A model generated the notes under the pieces. The model saw nothing but the letters and a program-made list of their open reading frames with translations, did no database searches and was not told the DNA's origin. Of a DNA stretch of 64,000 bases, positions 1 through 8,134 are shown piece after piece (position 1 is the stretch's first letter; each line of letters opens with the position of its first letter). The position numbers and the translations under genes are program-made. This stretch comes from an uncultured Ignavibacteriaceae bacterium (GTDB taxonomy: Bacteria; Bacteroidota; Ignavibacteria; Ignavibacteriales; Ignavibacteriaceae), in contig CAZAOG010000002.1 in assembly GCA_964486645.1 (NCBI GenBank), positions 1,012 through 65,011 of the forward strand, read 5' to 3'.

Positions 1-515
1 GATACCAAATAAGTTTTTACTTATTTCTTTTTTAGTACTTCCGTCTACGTTGTACGCTACGACTTCTCCCGTTACGGGATTTATTACTTTAAAATTGTCG
101 TAACTATTATAACTCAAACGGGAGTAACCTATTTCAAAATTTACAAATGAAGTGAAGAATTTATTAGTGTGGAAATTAATTTTTGCTCCTTTGTAGAGAG
201 TAATTAAAGAATGATTATCCGAATTATATGTTTTAAAATATTGCTGCCTTTGTACACCTGATAATTTTTCTTTAAATGTTACATAAAATCTGTCCCAGGA
301 AGTATAGCCTGCAGAAAAGTATAGGGCGATTTTGGAATTAAGTGAGTAGTTGTACTGAACCGAAGCGGAAAGTCCGTTAGATGAGAACGTCTGGGATAAA
401 TAATTCCGCCGTTAAACTGGACAAAATTATTATCTTGTACAAAAATAATACCGGATGATAAAGCGATAAACAAGACCAAAAAAACAAAAACTGATTTACG
501 CATTTTAAACCCCAA
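1..515 (-). pseudogene. Frameshifted (or mis-sequenced) outer-membrane beta-barrel-like protein; the 3' part runs off the left edge
   Basis: ORF 279..515 supplies a start and signal peptide (MRKSVFVFLVLFIALSSG) and then reads implausibly. A different minus-strand frame is open from 411 to base 1, has no start codon, and reads ...NGLSASVQYNYSLNSKIALYFSAGYTSWDRFYVTFKEK...FVNFEIGYSRLSYNSYDNFKV. That is an alternating aromatic/polar beta-strand pattern. The frame switch must lie near 400-415. Confidence 0.5.
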
Positions 516-1015
516 TAAATTATTTAAAAGTTTTTAAGTACTAAAAGAACGAACACTGCTTTAGAGGGGAATTAAAAAAAGCAGTACCCCGAATAAAGAC
601 GGATCAATTCGGAATGTTTTTTATTTATTCAAACGAAATCTTTTATAATTAGTCGTTTCTTAAGAAGTGATAATAATATATTTGTTACGGCAAACAAAGC
701 AGTATATCATTATAATGGTAAAGACCGGAAAGATATAAGAGAAAAATCAAGCAATAATAGAACTTCTTTATATGCGGGTGTATGGACAGACGGAACGGAA
801 GCATTTATTATAGAGCAACCCCAAACAGGCCGGCCTGCAAAAACGGTTATTTGGCACGGTAAGTGAAATATAACAATATTAAAGATTGAGAGTAGGGCGA
901 GAAGTTTACCACGGTTATAGACGAATATACTTCACTTACTCGAAAATATAAATTTTGTTATAAAATAATTTTTATACGATACTTTCACCGGCTATAATTA
1001 TAACTTTAGAACTTT

Positions 1016-1453
1016 TTAAAAGGAAAGTATCCAGAGAGCTATTGTAATTATATTTTTAGCAATGCCTAAGTATCTTCCGAATTCTCCGAGGTCGTACCTG
1101 CCCATTTCTCCATATTTTTTGGCTAATAATTCATATAGGGATTCATTAAATTTTTTTAATCTATCGGCGGTTCTGTAATTGCCAACCCCGTAACCATAAT
1201 ACGATAAAGCATCGGGTGTTTTGGAAATGATGTTCTTACCGGGATTATAAAAGGGTGTTGTATTAAAAAGATTATTATATAAAACTTTTAATTCATACAA
1301 ACGAAGCGATTGTTTTTCTGTTTTTTCATCAGTACTTTTTTGTTTTGCGGTATCGATCTTTATCGGTGTTTTATCATTAGCCGTCTGTGCAAAATTGATG
1401 TGAACTATGATTGAACTAATAATAATAATCCCCTTTAAATTTATAATCGGCAC
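1016..1453 (-). CDS. Hypothetical secreted protein (145 aa, GTG start)
   Basis: It has an N-terminal hydrophobic signal-like segment (IINLKGIIIISSIIVHINFAQT). I recognise no family. Confidence 0.45.
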   Translation of the reverse strand: MPIINLKGIIIISSIIVHINFAQTANDKTPIKIDTAKQKSTDEKTEKQSLRLYELKVLYNNLFNTTPFYNPGKNIISKTPDALSYYGYGVGNYRTADRLKKFNESLYELLAKKYGEMGRYDLGEFGRYLGIAKNIITIALWILSF

Positions 1454-1537
1454 GAGATTTATTATATGTTTGTTTAAGATAAAATATTATAGCTCCGGCA
1501 ATTTGCTTTTGTTTCATTATTTTTATCGCTAAAAAAT

Positions 1538-1571
1538 AAAAACCCGATTTCTTAAAGAAATCGGGTTTTTT
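1538..1571 (-). terminator. Intrinsic terminator hairpin downstream of the TlpA-like gene
   Basis: Perfect 14-bp stem aaaaacccgatttc / gaaatcgggttttt (1538-1551 / 1557-1570) with a 5-nt loop. A-run and T-run flanks give a U-tract on both strands. Confidence 0.7.
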
Positions 1572-1597
1572 AAAACATAGAATATCGGACTTATACT

Positions 1598-2143
1598 TTA
1601 AGATTTTTTCAGCAGTCTCTCTATCTCGGCTTTGAAAACCGATTTTTTTCGAAAACCTATAAACCGGTTAACAATATTGCCTTTTCGGTCAATAATAAAC
1701 GTTGTGGGAATGGATTGAATATTACCGTAATCACTGACAACTTCACTTGTTGCGAACAAAACGGGGTAATTCATTTTAAATTTTTGCATAAAGGGGATTA
1801 CATCTCTTTTTGAACCTGTATCGAGCGAAATTCCTAATATTTGCAAATCGGATTCATATTCTTTTTGCAGTTTAACGAAATCGGGTATTTCTTCCCTGCA
1901 GGGCGGACACCAAGTAGCCCAGAAGTTTACAATAACAATTTTACCCTTAAAATCAGACAATTTTACTTTCTTTCCGCTTGTATTTTCCAATTCAAATGCA
2001 GGGGCTTTAACAGCTTTGTAATTATTTTTTTCCACTACCTTGTCCGGGTTTTTTAACGGAGCCGTTTCAGGGGTTTTATTACCGCATCCCATTATTATAA
2101 TTGATGAAAAAAATAATATTGACAATATTATTTTAAATTTCAT
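1598..2143 (-). CDS. TlpA/ResA-family thiol-disulfide oxidoreductase lipoprotein (thioredoxin fold)
   Basis: WCPPC active site (NFWATWCPPCREEIP) and a lipobox-like IIMGC after the signal peptide. Confidence 0.88.
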   Translation of the reverse strand: MKFKIILSILFFSSIIIMGCGNKTPETAPLKNPDKVVEKNNYKAVKAPAFELENTSGKKVKLSDFKGKIVIVNFWATWCPPCREEIPDFVKLQKEYESDLQILGISLDTGSKRDVIPFMQKFKMNYPVLFATSEVVSDYGNIQSIPTTFIIDRKGNIVNRFIGFRKKSVFKAEIERLLKKS

Positions 2144-2156
2144 TTACCGCTCCTGT

Positions 2157-2378
2157 TTAATTGAATTGATTTATTGTGTTTGTGGTTTGGGCTTTATAAT
2201 CCGGCGGATAAGGACCTTGTTCGGGCTCCTTTTTGGTGTTGTTAATTATAAAAAATATTATCAATATAATTATAACAATTGCCGTCCAAAATGTATTTTG
2301 ATATTTGGGGTCAATCAAAGGTTTTTTCTGCTTAACATTTTTACCGATTTGGCGTTTATTTTTATTTTTCTTAGACAT
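2157..2378 (-). CDS. Small single-pass membrane protein (73 aa)
   Basis: Lys-rich N-terminus followed by one TM segment (FWTAIVIIILIIFFII). It lies 13 nt upstream of the TlpA-like gene on the same strand. Confidence 0.45.
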   Translation of the reverse strand: MSKKNKNKRQIGKNVKQKKPLIDPKYQNTFWTAIVIIILIIFFIINNTKKEPEQGPYPPDYKAQTTNTINQFN

Positions 2379-2512
2379 AATATCCTATTGCTATTAAATT
2401 AGATGAATTATTAAATAGATAGATTCTAAAATAATAAAATAATTCTAATAGATTAGATTATTAAATAACTAAACAAAGTAAAATTGAAAAAAGTTCTAAT
2501 TGGCTATGGAGT

Positions 2513-2548
2513 TTAAAAAAAACAGCCAAAAATTAATTTTTGACTGTT
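2513..2548 (-). terminator. Intrinsic terminator after the 43-aa ORF
   Basis: 11-bp stem aacagccaaaa / ttttgactgtt with one C/A mismatch and loop attaat. On the minus strand it is followed by a run of 8 T. Confidence 0.6.
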
Positions 2549-2561
2549 TTTAAAAAAGATA

Positions 2562-2693
2562 TCAATAATATCTTACGGATTGTTTTTTGTGCTTACCTTT
2601 CAATCTGTATAGAACATACGCTGCTGTTACCATCACCCCCACGAATCCAAAAAATATTCCTACCGCTGTAAGAACCAGTGATGATAAATTCAT
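2562..2693 (-). CDS. Unannotated 43-aa single-TM mini-protein (MNLSSLVLTAVGIFFGFVGVMVTAAYVLYRLKGKHKKQSVRYY)
   Basis: It falls below the 60-aa ORF-track cutoff. It has an ATG start, a GGAGGA Shine-Dalgarno 8 nt upstream, one clean TM helix plus a basic tail, and its own terminator immediately downstream. Confidence 0.5.
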   Translation of the reverse strand: MNLSSLVLTAVGIFFGFVGVMVTAAYVLYRLKGKHKKQSVRYY

Positions 2694-2970
2694 ATTGTTA
2701 GTCCTCCGAAAAAAAATAGTTTATAAAACATAACACAGGTTTTATTATTTCCAGTTTATCTTATTTTCAAAGTGAACATAACAAATAGATTGTTTTATGT
2801 AAATGAAAATTACCCCAGCGTTAATATAACTCGACCAATGTATCGTTTTTATCGATAAAGGGTACACGTCCGTTGCTGTCTAAAACAAAATAAACAATTA
2901 GAAATATTCAATGCTTCGGACAGATGCGGTAAGCGCCGAGAAGATTCTTATAAATTTATTTTTATAGTGA

Positions 2971-4017
2971 TTAAGCCGTTGCTCCGCCGCAGCTTGAACC
3001 GGCTCCCGCGGTGCACCCGAAACAATGATTACCAACCATTATTTTTCTGTCTTCAAGTGATTCGGCATTAAAATATTTTATGTTTTGCGGTAAATCTTTT
3101 TTCAGACCGATTTCAAGCATCTGGTTAAAATCACAGTCGTACAAACTGCCTTCCCACCCGACCGAAATCATATTTCTGCACATAACTTGTTGGGCGGCAA
3201 CCGGATTAAAAGCGGAAATCAATTTATTCATATAGCTCAAATAATTTCCGGACTCAATAAGATAATCCAAAAACCTGCTTATCGGTAAATTGGTAATCGA
3301 ATAAAGGTTGTTAAATACCAGTCCGAATTTATTCTTCAACTCTCTTTTATAATCTTTTTCCAGAGCTTCCTGGCTTGGCGGAAGAAAAGCACCGCCGGGA
3401 TTATATACAAGATTTAAAATCAAGCCTTTTTCTTCTTTGCCGTAACCCAAATCGTTTAATTTTTTTATGGCATTTATGGAACCTTCAAATACACCTTCTC
3501 CCCTTTGTTTGTCGGTTGTAGATGCCGAATAATACGGCAGCGAAGAAATAATTTCCACTTTATTTTCAGCCATAAAATCGGCATAATCTTTAAACCCGTT
3601 AGTTACTAAAATTGTAAGGTTCGATCTTACAATTATATGTTTATTAAGTTTTTTCAACTCCGTAATAAACCATTTGAAATCAGGGTTTAATTCGGGAGCG
3701 CCTCCGGTTATGTCCACCGTTTGAATATCGGAGTTTTTTAAAGCTTCAAGACAATAGGTCATTGTTTCTTTCGTCATTATTTCTTTTCTGTCCGGTCCGG
3801 CATCTACGTGACAGTGTTTACAAATTTGGTTGCACATTTTTCCAATGTTTATCTGCATTGTCTCAACCTTATTTGCTTTGAGTTCGCCCACACCTATTTC
3901 GTTAAATTTTTCTTCGAACGTCACAAGTTCATTCGGCCGGTTAATAATTTTTAATTGTTCGTTTGCAAAAGCCAGTACTTCACCGAATGCTTTCATGCTT
4001 TTATGTCTTTGTCCCAA
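2971..4017 (-). CDS. arsS: ArsS-type radical SAM / Cys-rich domain protein (the arsenosugar or rSAM-selenodomain family)
   Basis: CxxxCxxC motif in KMCNQICKHCHVDAGP. Cys-rich C-terminal tail GNHCFGCTAGAGSSCGGATA. The likely TTG start has GGAG 6 nt upstream. Confidence 0.8.
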   Translation of the reverse strand: MGQRHKSMKAFGEVLAFANEQLKIINRPNELVTFEEKFNEIGVGELKANKVETMQINIGKMCNQICKHCHVDAGPDRKEIMTKETMTYCLEALKNSDIQTVDITGGAPELNPDFKWFITELKKLNKHIIVRSNLTILVTNGFKDYADFMAENKVEIISSLPYYSASTTDKQRGEGVFEGSINAIKKLNDLGYGKEEKGLILNLVYNPGGAFLPPSQEALEKDYKRELKNKFGLVFNNLYSITNLPISRFLDYLIESGNYLSYMNKLISAFNPVAAQQVMCRNMISVGWEGSLYDCDFNQMLEIGLKKDLPQNIKYFNAESLEDRKIMVGNHCFGCTAGAGSSCGGATA

Positions 4018-4034
4018 TTTTTTCTCCGTATCCG

Positions 4035-4367
4035 TTACATAGATAATTTTGAGTTAATGTTTTTCATCTGTACACCGTGCACCAGCGATGCACCGCCTCT
4101 TATCGCACTTGCAACGTGCACTGCTTCGGTCATCTGTTCAAGATTAGAACCTTTTTCCAAGCAGGACTCCGTATAAGCATCGATGCAATACGGACACTGA
4201 ACCGCGTGAGCAACGGCAAGTGCTATTAATGCTTTTTCCCTTTCGCTCAAGGCACCTTCTTTAAATACTTCGCCGTACCACTCGGAAAATTTTTTCCACA
4301 GTTCCGGGCTGCCTTCTTTCATGCTGTCAAATTTTTTCAGGTCTTCCGGATTATAATAAGTTTCCAT
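4035..4367 (-). CDS. Carboxymuconolactone decarboxylase / AhpD-like peroxidase-like protein, the usual partner of the ArsS-type rSAM
   Basis: AhpD-type CxxC in AHAVQCPYCIDAY; 110 aa; 17 nt upstream of the rSAM gene. Confidence 0.8.
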   Translation of the reverse strand: METYYNPEDLKKFDSMKEGSPELWKKFSEWYGEVFKEGALSEREKALIALAVAHAVQCPYCIDAYTESCLEKGSNLEQMTEAVHVASAIRGGASLVHGVQMKNINSKLSM

Positions 4368-4424
4368 ATAGAAATTCCTTTTGATAAACTAAATTTTATA
4401 AAATTGATTAATTGTAAATTGTGT

Positions 4425-5171
4425 TTATAAAAGGACAGGGGGAGATGACAAAGACGTAAAAGTATAAAATGAAATTTTGTACTTGATAAATAAAGTTATA
4501 ATAAATTTGAGGTATAAATTATAAAAGATAATATTTTGAATAATGGTAATGGCTTTTTCAATTTGTCCTTTAAACAAAATATAATCTTGGATAGTGTAAA
4601 TTTTATCAAAATCATCCTTCTTTTTTAATAGATACCGATAAATTGAATGTTCGTTCAATAAAGAAATAAGTTCGGCAAGTGTGTTTGATTGTTGATAATT
4701 AATAGACATAAATTTAATCGGATCGATACGGTTAAAGTCATTTTTATTGATTGAGAGCAAATAAAAACCCCCGTCTTTTGAGGGACCGAGGACGGAATTG
4801 TTTTTTGAGGTATGCTTTACGGAAAAAGTAATATCGCTTTGCTTTAAAAAAGGAGTGTCGTTTCCCATTACAATTACATTATCAAATCCCTTTTCAAAAA
4901 CATTCTGCATAGATTCATAAAACCTCTCGCCAAATGACTTTTGAGATTGAATTATCAGCGGACAATTGATTTTGGAAAAATACTCTTCCCCTTTTTCTTT
5001 TGTCGTTGATACAAAATAATCCAAGCGTGAGTCCGATATCAATGTTAAAATACGGGTTAAAGATTTTTCAAAACAATTGCCCGCAAGCCGCATAATTTTA
5101 CCGCTGCTTTTCAGCTTTGCATCCTCTGAGGGATCGCGTGAAAACAATAATATTGCGGTTTTAGTATTCAT
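4425..5171 (-). CDS. Divergent DUF2064-like (CofC-like nucleotidyltransferase-fold) protein with a hydrophobic C-terminal tail
   Basis: AILLFSRDP N-terminus and KDGGFYLLSI parallel the AVIIFSKYP...TDGGYYLLGM in the C-terminal half of ORF 5979..7343. It lacks the G-x-VKTR motif seen there. Confidence 0.6.
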   Translation of the reverse strand: MNTKTAILLFSRDPSEDAKLKSSGKIMRLAGNCFEKSLTRILTLISDSRLDYFVSTTKEKGEEYFSKINCPLIIQSQKSFGERFYESMQNVFEKGFDNVIVMGNDTPFLKQSDITFSVKHTSKNNSVLGPSKDGGFYLLSINKNDFNRIDPIKFMSINYQQSNTLAELISLLNEHSIYRYLLKKKDDFDKIYTIQDYILFKGQIEKAITIIQNIIFYNLYLKFIITLFIKYKISFYTFTSLSSPPVLL

Positions 5172-5190
5172 TAATATTTAATAATAAAAA

Positions 5191-5982
5191 TTATTTGTTC
5201 TTTATTTTATTTAGGTCCCAGTTGTACGAATTATAGTCTATCTCCCATTTATCAATTTCGTTGTTGAAAGATTCGGCTATCTGCTCGGGTAGAAATTTTT
5301 TAATTCTTTTCAGAATTTGAGTATCATTATCGCCAAAGTCGTCTCCGTACCAATCCAGAATTTTTGACAGATGTGCAACATAGTTTTTTTCGTCAAATGA
5401 ATTCAATGATGGATCTGCAAAGAAAGTTTTTCCCTGGTCATTTAACTGTTCATCCAGTTTACCGCCCGTATAAGCTTCGTTTCTTAGCGGAGCACAGCCT
5501 AAAGCGGCACAAACCAAAGCAAAGTGAACCCGCGGGTCTTTAAATACAGGTCTTATTATTTCGTGTTCTATTTGATTTAACGTCATTTTTTTATTGTTGA
5601 TAACTACAAAATCTTTATCCCAAACGGTTGTTTTTAATATATGTGCAATTATTCTTCCGCCTGTGTGAAGCTCATTGATGCTTGAAATCGGATAATTATC
5701 TGCAATTACTTTTAATGTGTATGCGTTATAAGCGTTTATCCAAAAGGCAAGACTGTCGTTTCTGTTTGTTAACGTACCGGGGTCGAATATTTTGATAGCA
5801 TTAATGTACTTGTCCAAATTTTTATCTTTGTAAAGATTGTCATAATCCACAAGTCCGTTAGACACATATTTCTTCAGTAAGTCATCATAAATTTTTACCG
5901 ATGCGGAGTCTTGCGAATAAATGACCTTTTGCATCGATAAAAGAATAAAAGCAGCCAGGATTAAAATTTTGAATTTTTTCAT
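5191..5982 (-). CDS. Secreted DUF547 domain protein
   Basis: Signal peptide MKKFKILILAAFILLSMQ and the DUF547 hallmark LAFWINAYNAYTLKVI. It overlaps the upstream gene by 4 nt. Confidence 0.8.
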   Translation of the reverse strand: MKKFKILILAAFILLSMQKVIYSQDSASVKIYDDLLKKYVSNGLVDYDNLYKDKNLDKYINAIKIFDPGTLTNRNDSLAFWINAYNAYTLKVIADNYPISSINELHTGGRIIAHILKTTVWDKDFVVINNKKMTLNQIEHEIIRPVFKDPRVHFALVCAALGCAPLRNEAYTGGKLDEQLNDQGKTFFADPSLNSFDEKNYVAHLSKILDWYGDDFGDNDTQILKRIKKFLPEQIAESFNNEIDKWEIDYNSYNWDLNKIKNK

Positions 5983-7343
5983 TTAATTTCCATATAGTTA
6001 TTAATCAAAGCTGTTTGCACAAAAGATTTTATGGTTTTTATCTTCAAATTTGTTTCTTTATTAATCCAATTATTTAAGTCGATTTCCGTGTCGATATCCG
6101 AAAGCTCCGGTAAAATCGAAACTCGGAGATTTAGATAATTGATTATTTCAAGAGTCTTTCCGAGTAAACGGTCAGTACTCCACGGCAGGTCAACAAACAG
6201 TTTTTCATATATTTTTTTCATACCCAACAAATAATATCCGCCGTCGGTTGCAGGACCCAAAACCACATCACATTCGTCGAGCAAGTCAAAAGATTTTTCG
6301 ATTATATCCGAAGATATATCCGGCAGGTCCGTTCCTATAATAACGGTTTTTTTTACGTTATTTTTAAAAACGGATTTAAATGCATTCAACATTTTTTCGC
6401 CGAGGTCTTTTCCTTGCTGCGGGTGCAGTAAAAATTTAGAGTTTGTCCATTTTTTTATTTTATCCCTGTCTTTTTCGTCGGAATAAAAAAGAAATGAACG
6501 GCTGTTTTTTACTTTAAGGGTTTCATTAAAAGTGTGTTCCGCACAAACTTTATAAAAATCTTTGGCAAACGTATGCCCTAAAGTTGAAGCCATACGTGTT
6601 TTAACTTTTCCTTTTTGGGGGTATTTGGAAAAAATAATGACAGCATTTTTGTTAAGGTTTTTCATTCTGTTGTATTTGGAATAAATCTTTTCGGGTTTTT
6701 GGGTTATCAAGTATTGAAAGACATAAATAGAATTTCTCAATTGGGTTCTTATAAAACCGTTTTGCAGAAATCTTCTTGCTGAGGTGGTTACAAAACAGGG
6801 CAGGGTAAAAACTCCTGCTTTTTTCCTGGCTGTTCTTAAATATTGAACATCTTCAAATATTTTCCATTCGGGAAAGCGGTTACCGGCGTTAAAATAATTT
6901 TTTCTTACAACAATGCCGCAGTCGCCGAAACGCGTGAAGACAGAATCGAATTTTGTAAACCAGGAATAGAAATTCAATATTCGGTTGTCAATATCAAATT
7001 TCATTTTAAAAGTAGCGACCTGTACTTTTTCATTTTTAAAAGCTTCGTCAATAAAAGTATCACAATTTTTCGGTAATTCCGTATCGGCGTGTAAGAATAT
7101 TAATGTACTTCCTTTAGCTTTTTGGGCACCTAAATTTAACTGGCTTCCCCTTCCATTTAAAGAAGATAAAATCAGCGCACCTTTTTTTGAGGCTAATTGT
7201 AAAGTTTTATCCCTGCTCCCGCCGTCGGAAATTATAATTTCCGCGCCCGGCAGGCAGGTATTTATATTATCGATACAACCGGCAATATATTTTTCTTCGT
7301 TAAGAGTAGGAATTATTACTGAATATTTTTTATGATTTTGCAT
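5979..7343 (-). CDS. Fusion of a family-2 glycosyltransferase with a DUF2064 (CofC-like) domain
   Basis: N-terminal GT2 motif YSVIIPTLNEEKYI and LIFLHADTELP. The C-terminal half has AVIIFSKYPQKGKVKTRMAS and TDGGYYLLGM. Confidence 0.8.
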   Translation of the reverse strand: MQNHKKYSVIIPTLNEEKYIAGCIDNINTCLPGAEIIISDGGSRDKTLQLASKKGALILSSLNGRGSQLNLGAQKAKGSTLIFLHADTELPKNCDTFIDEAFKNEKVQVATFKMKFDIDNRILNFYSWFTKFDSVFTRFGDCGIVVRKNYFNAGNRFPEWKIFEDVQYLRTARKKAGVFTLPCFVTTSARRFLQNGFIRTQLRNSIYVFQYLITQKPEKIYSKYNRMKNLNKNAVIIFSKYPQKGKVKTRMASTLGHTFAKDFYKVCAEHTFNETLKVKNSRSFLFYSDEKDRDKIKKWTNSKFLLHPQQGKDLGEKMLNAFKSVFKNNVKKTVIIGTDLPDISSDIIEKSFDLLDECDVVLGPATDGGYYLLGMKKIYEKLFVDLPWSTDRLLGKTLEIINYLNLRVSILPELSDIDTEIDLNNWINKETNLKIKTIKSFVQTALINNYMEIK

Positions 7344-7393
7344 TAAACAATAATATAGTTAAAGAAGAAGAAAAATTGTCAAAATAATTACAA

Positions 7394-8104
7394 TTAGGCA
7401 TCATTTCTGAAAAATTCGGCAAATATGGTTTTAATAATTATTATACTCGCCAAAACGGTTCCTTTTACCGTACCGGTTATTTTCGATTTACCGATCCGTT
7501 TTCTGTAACTTACGGGAACCTCCCTAATTGAATAGGCTTTTTTTACCGCTTTAATCTGCATTTCAACAGTCCAGCCGTACCATAGGTCGGTCATATTTAA
7601 CGCAAGCAGTTTGTTTTTTTTAACGGCACGAAACGGACCCAAATCCGTGTATTTATAACCCCAAAAAAGATTAATTAAAAAACCGGCAACAATACTGCCG
7701 AATCTTGATTGTATCGGTAAAGAGCCTTTTTCTTTAACGCCCAAAACTCTGCTGCCGATTACCAAATCCACATTATCTTTAATTATGGGCTGAACTAAAA
7801 TTGATATTTCGTTCGGATAATCACTATAGTCGCCGTCCAGAAATACAACAATATCGAAATCTTTATCTTTTAAATAATCTATTCCTTTCAAACAAGCAGC
7901 TCCGTAACCTTGATTTTCTTCGAGTAAAACGGTTGCACCTTCGGCGGATGCAACTCCGGCGGTAGTATCCGTCGAATTATTATTTACAACGATTATTTCG
8001 TCTGCTAAATCTTTAGGAATATCTTTAATTACTTTTCCAATCGACCGGTCTTCGTTGTAAGCAGGTATTATTACGGCTATTTTTATTTTACTATTTATAT
8101 TCAT
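7394..8104 (-). CDS. Family-2 glycosyltransferase (polyprenol-phosphate sugar synthase-like)
   Basis: IAVIIPAYNEDRSIGKVI and the DGDYSD DxD motif; 236 aa. Confidence 0.85.
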   Translation of the reverse strand: MNINSKIKIAVIIPAYNEDRSIGKVIKDIPKDLADEIIVVNNNSTDTTAGVASAEGATVLLEENQGYGAACLKGIDYLKDKDFDIVVFLDGDYSDYPNEISILVQPIIKDNVDLVIGSRVLGVKEKGSLPIQSRFGSIVAGFLINLFWGYKYTDLGPFRAVKKNKLLALNMTDLWYGWTVEMQIKAVKKAYSIREVPVSYRKRIGKSKITGTVKGTVLASIIIIKTIFAEFFRNDA

Positions 8105-8134
8105 GCACGTTCAGGGTCATCCGTTATTTTACAA

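Noticed and set aside
845-870. Sigma-54 promoter, suggested by tTGGCACggtaagtga
   Set aside because: The -24 TGGCAC is present, but no GC dinucleotide sits at the required GG-N10-GC spacing. No plus-strand gene follows it.
520-1015. Cobalamin or other known riboswitch in front of the outer-membrane gene
   Set aside because: I found no B12-box-like sequence on either strand, and no conserved core of the TPP, SAM, c-di-GMP, glycine or fluoride classes.
2971-4017. Selenocysteine recoding in the ArsS-type protein (some family members are selenoproteins)
   Set aside because: The ORF is uninterrupted and the C-terminal motif uses Cys (SSCGG). There is no in-frame TGA and no need for a SECIS element.
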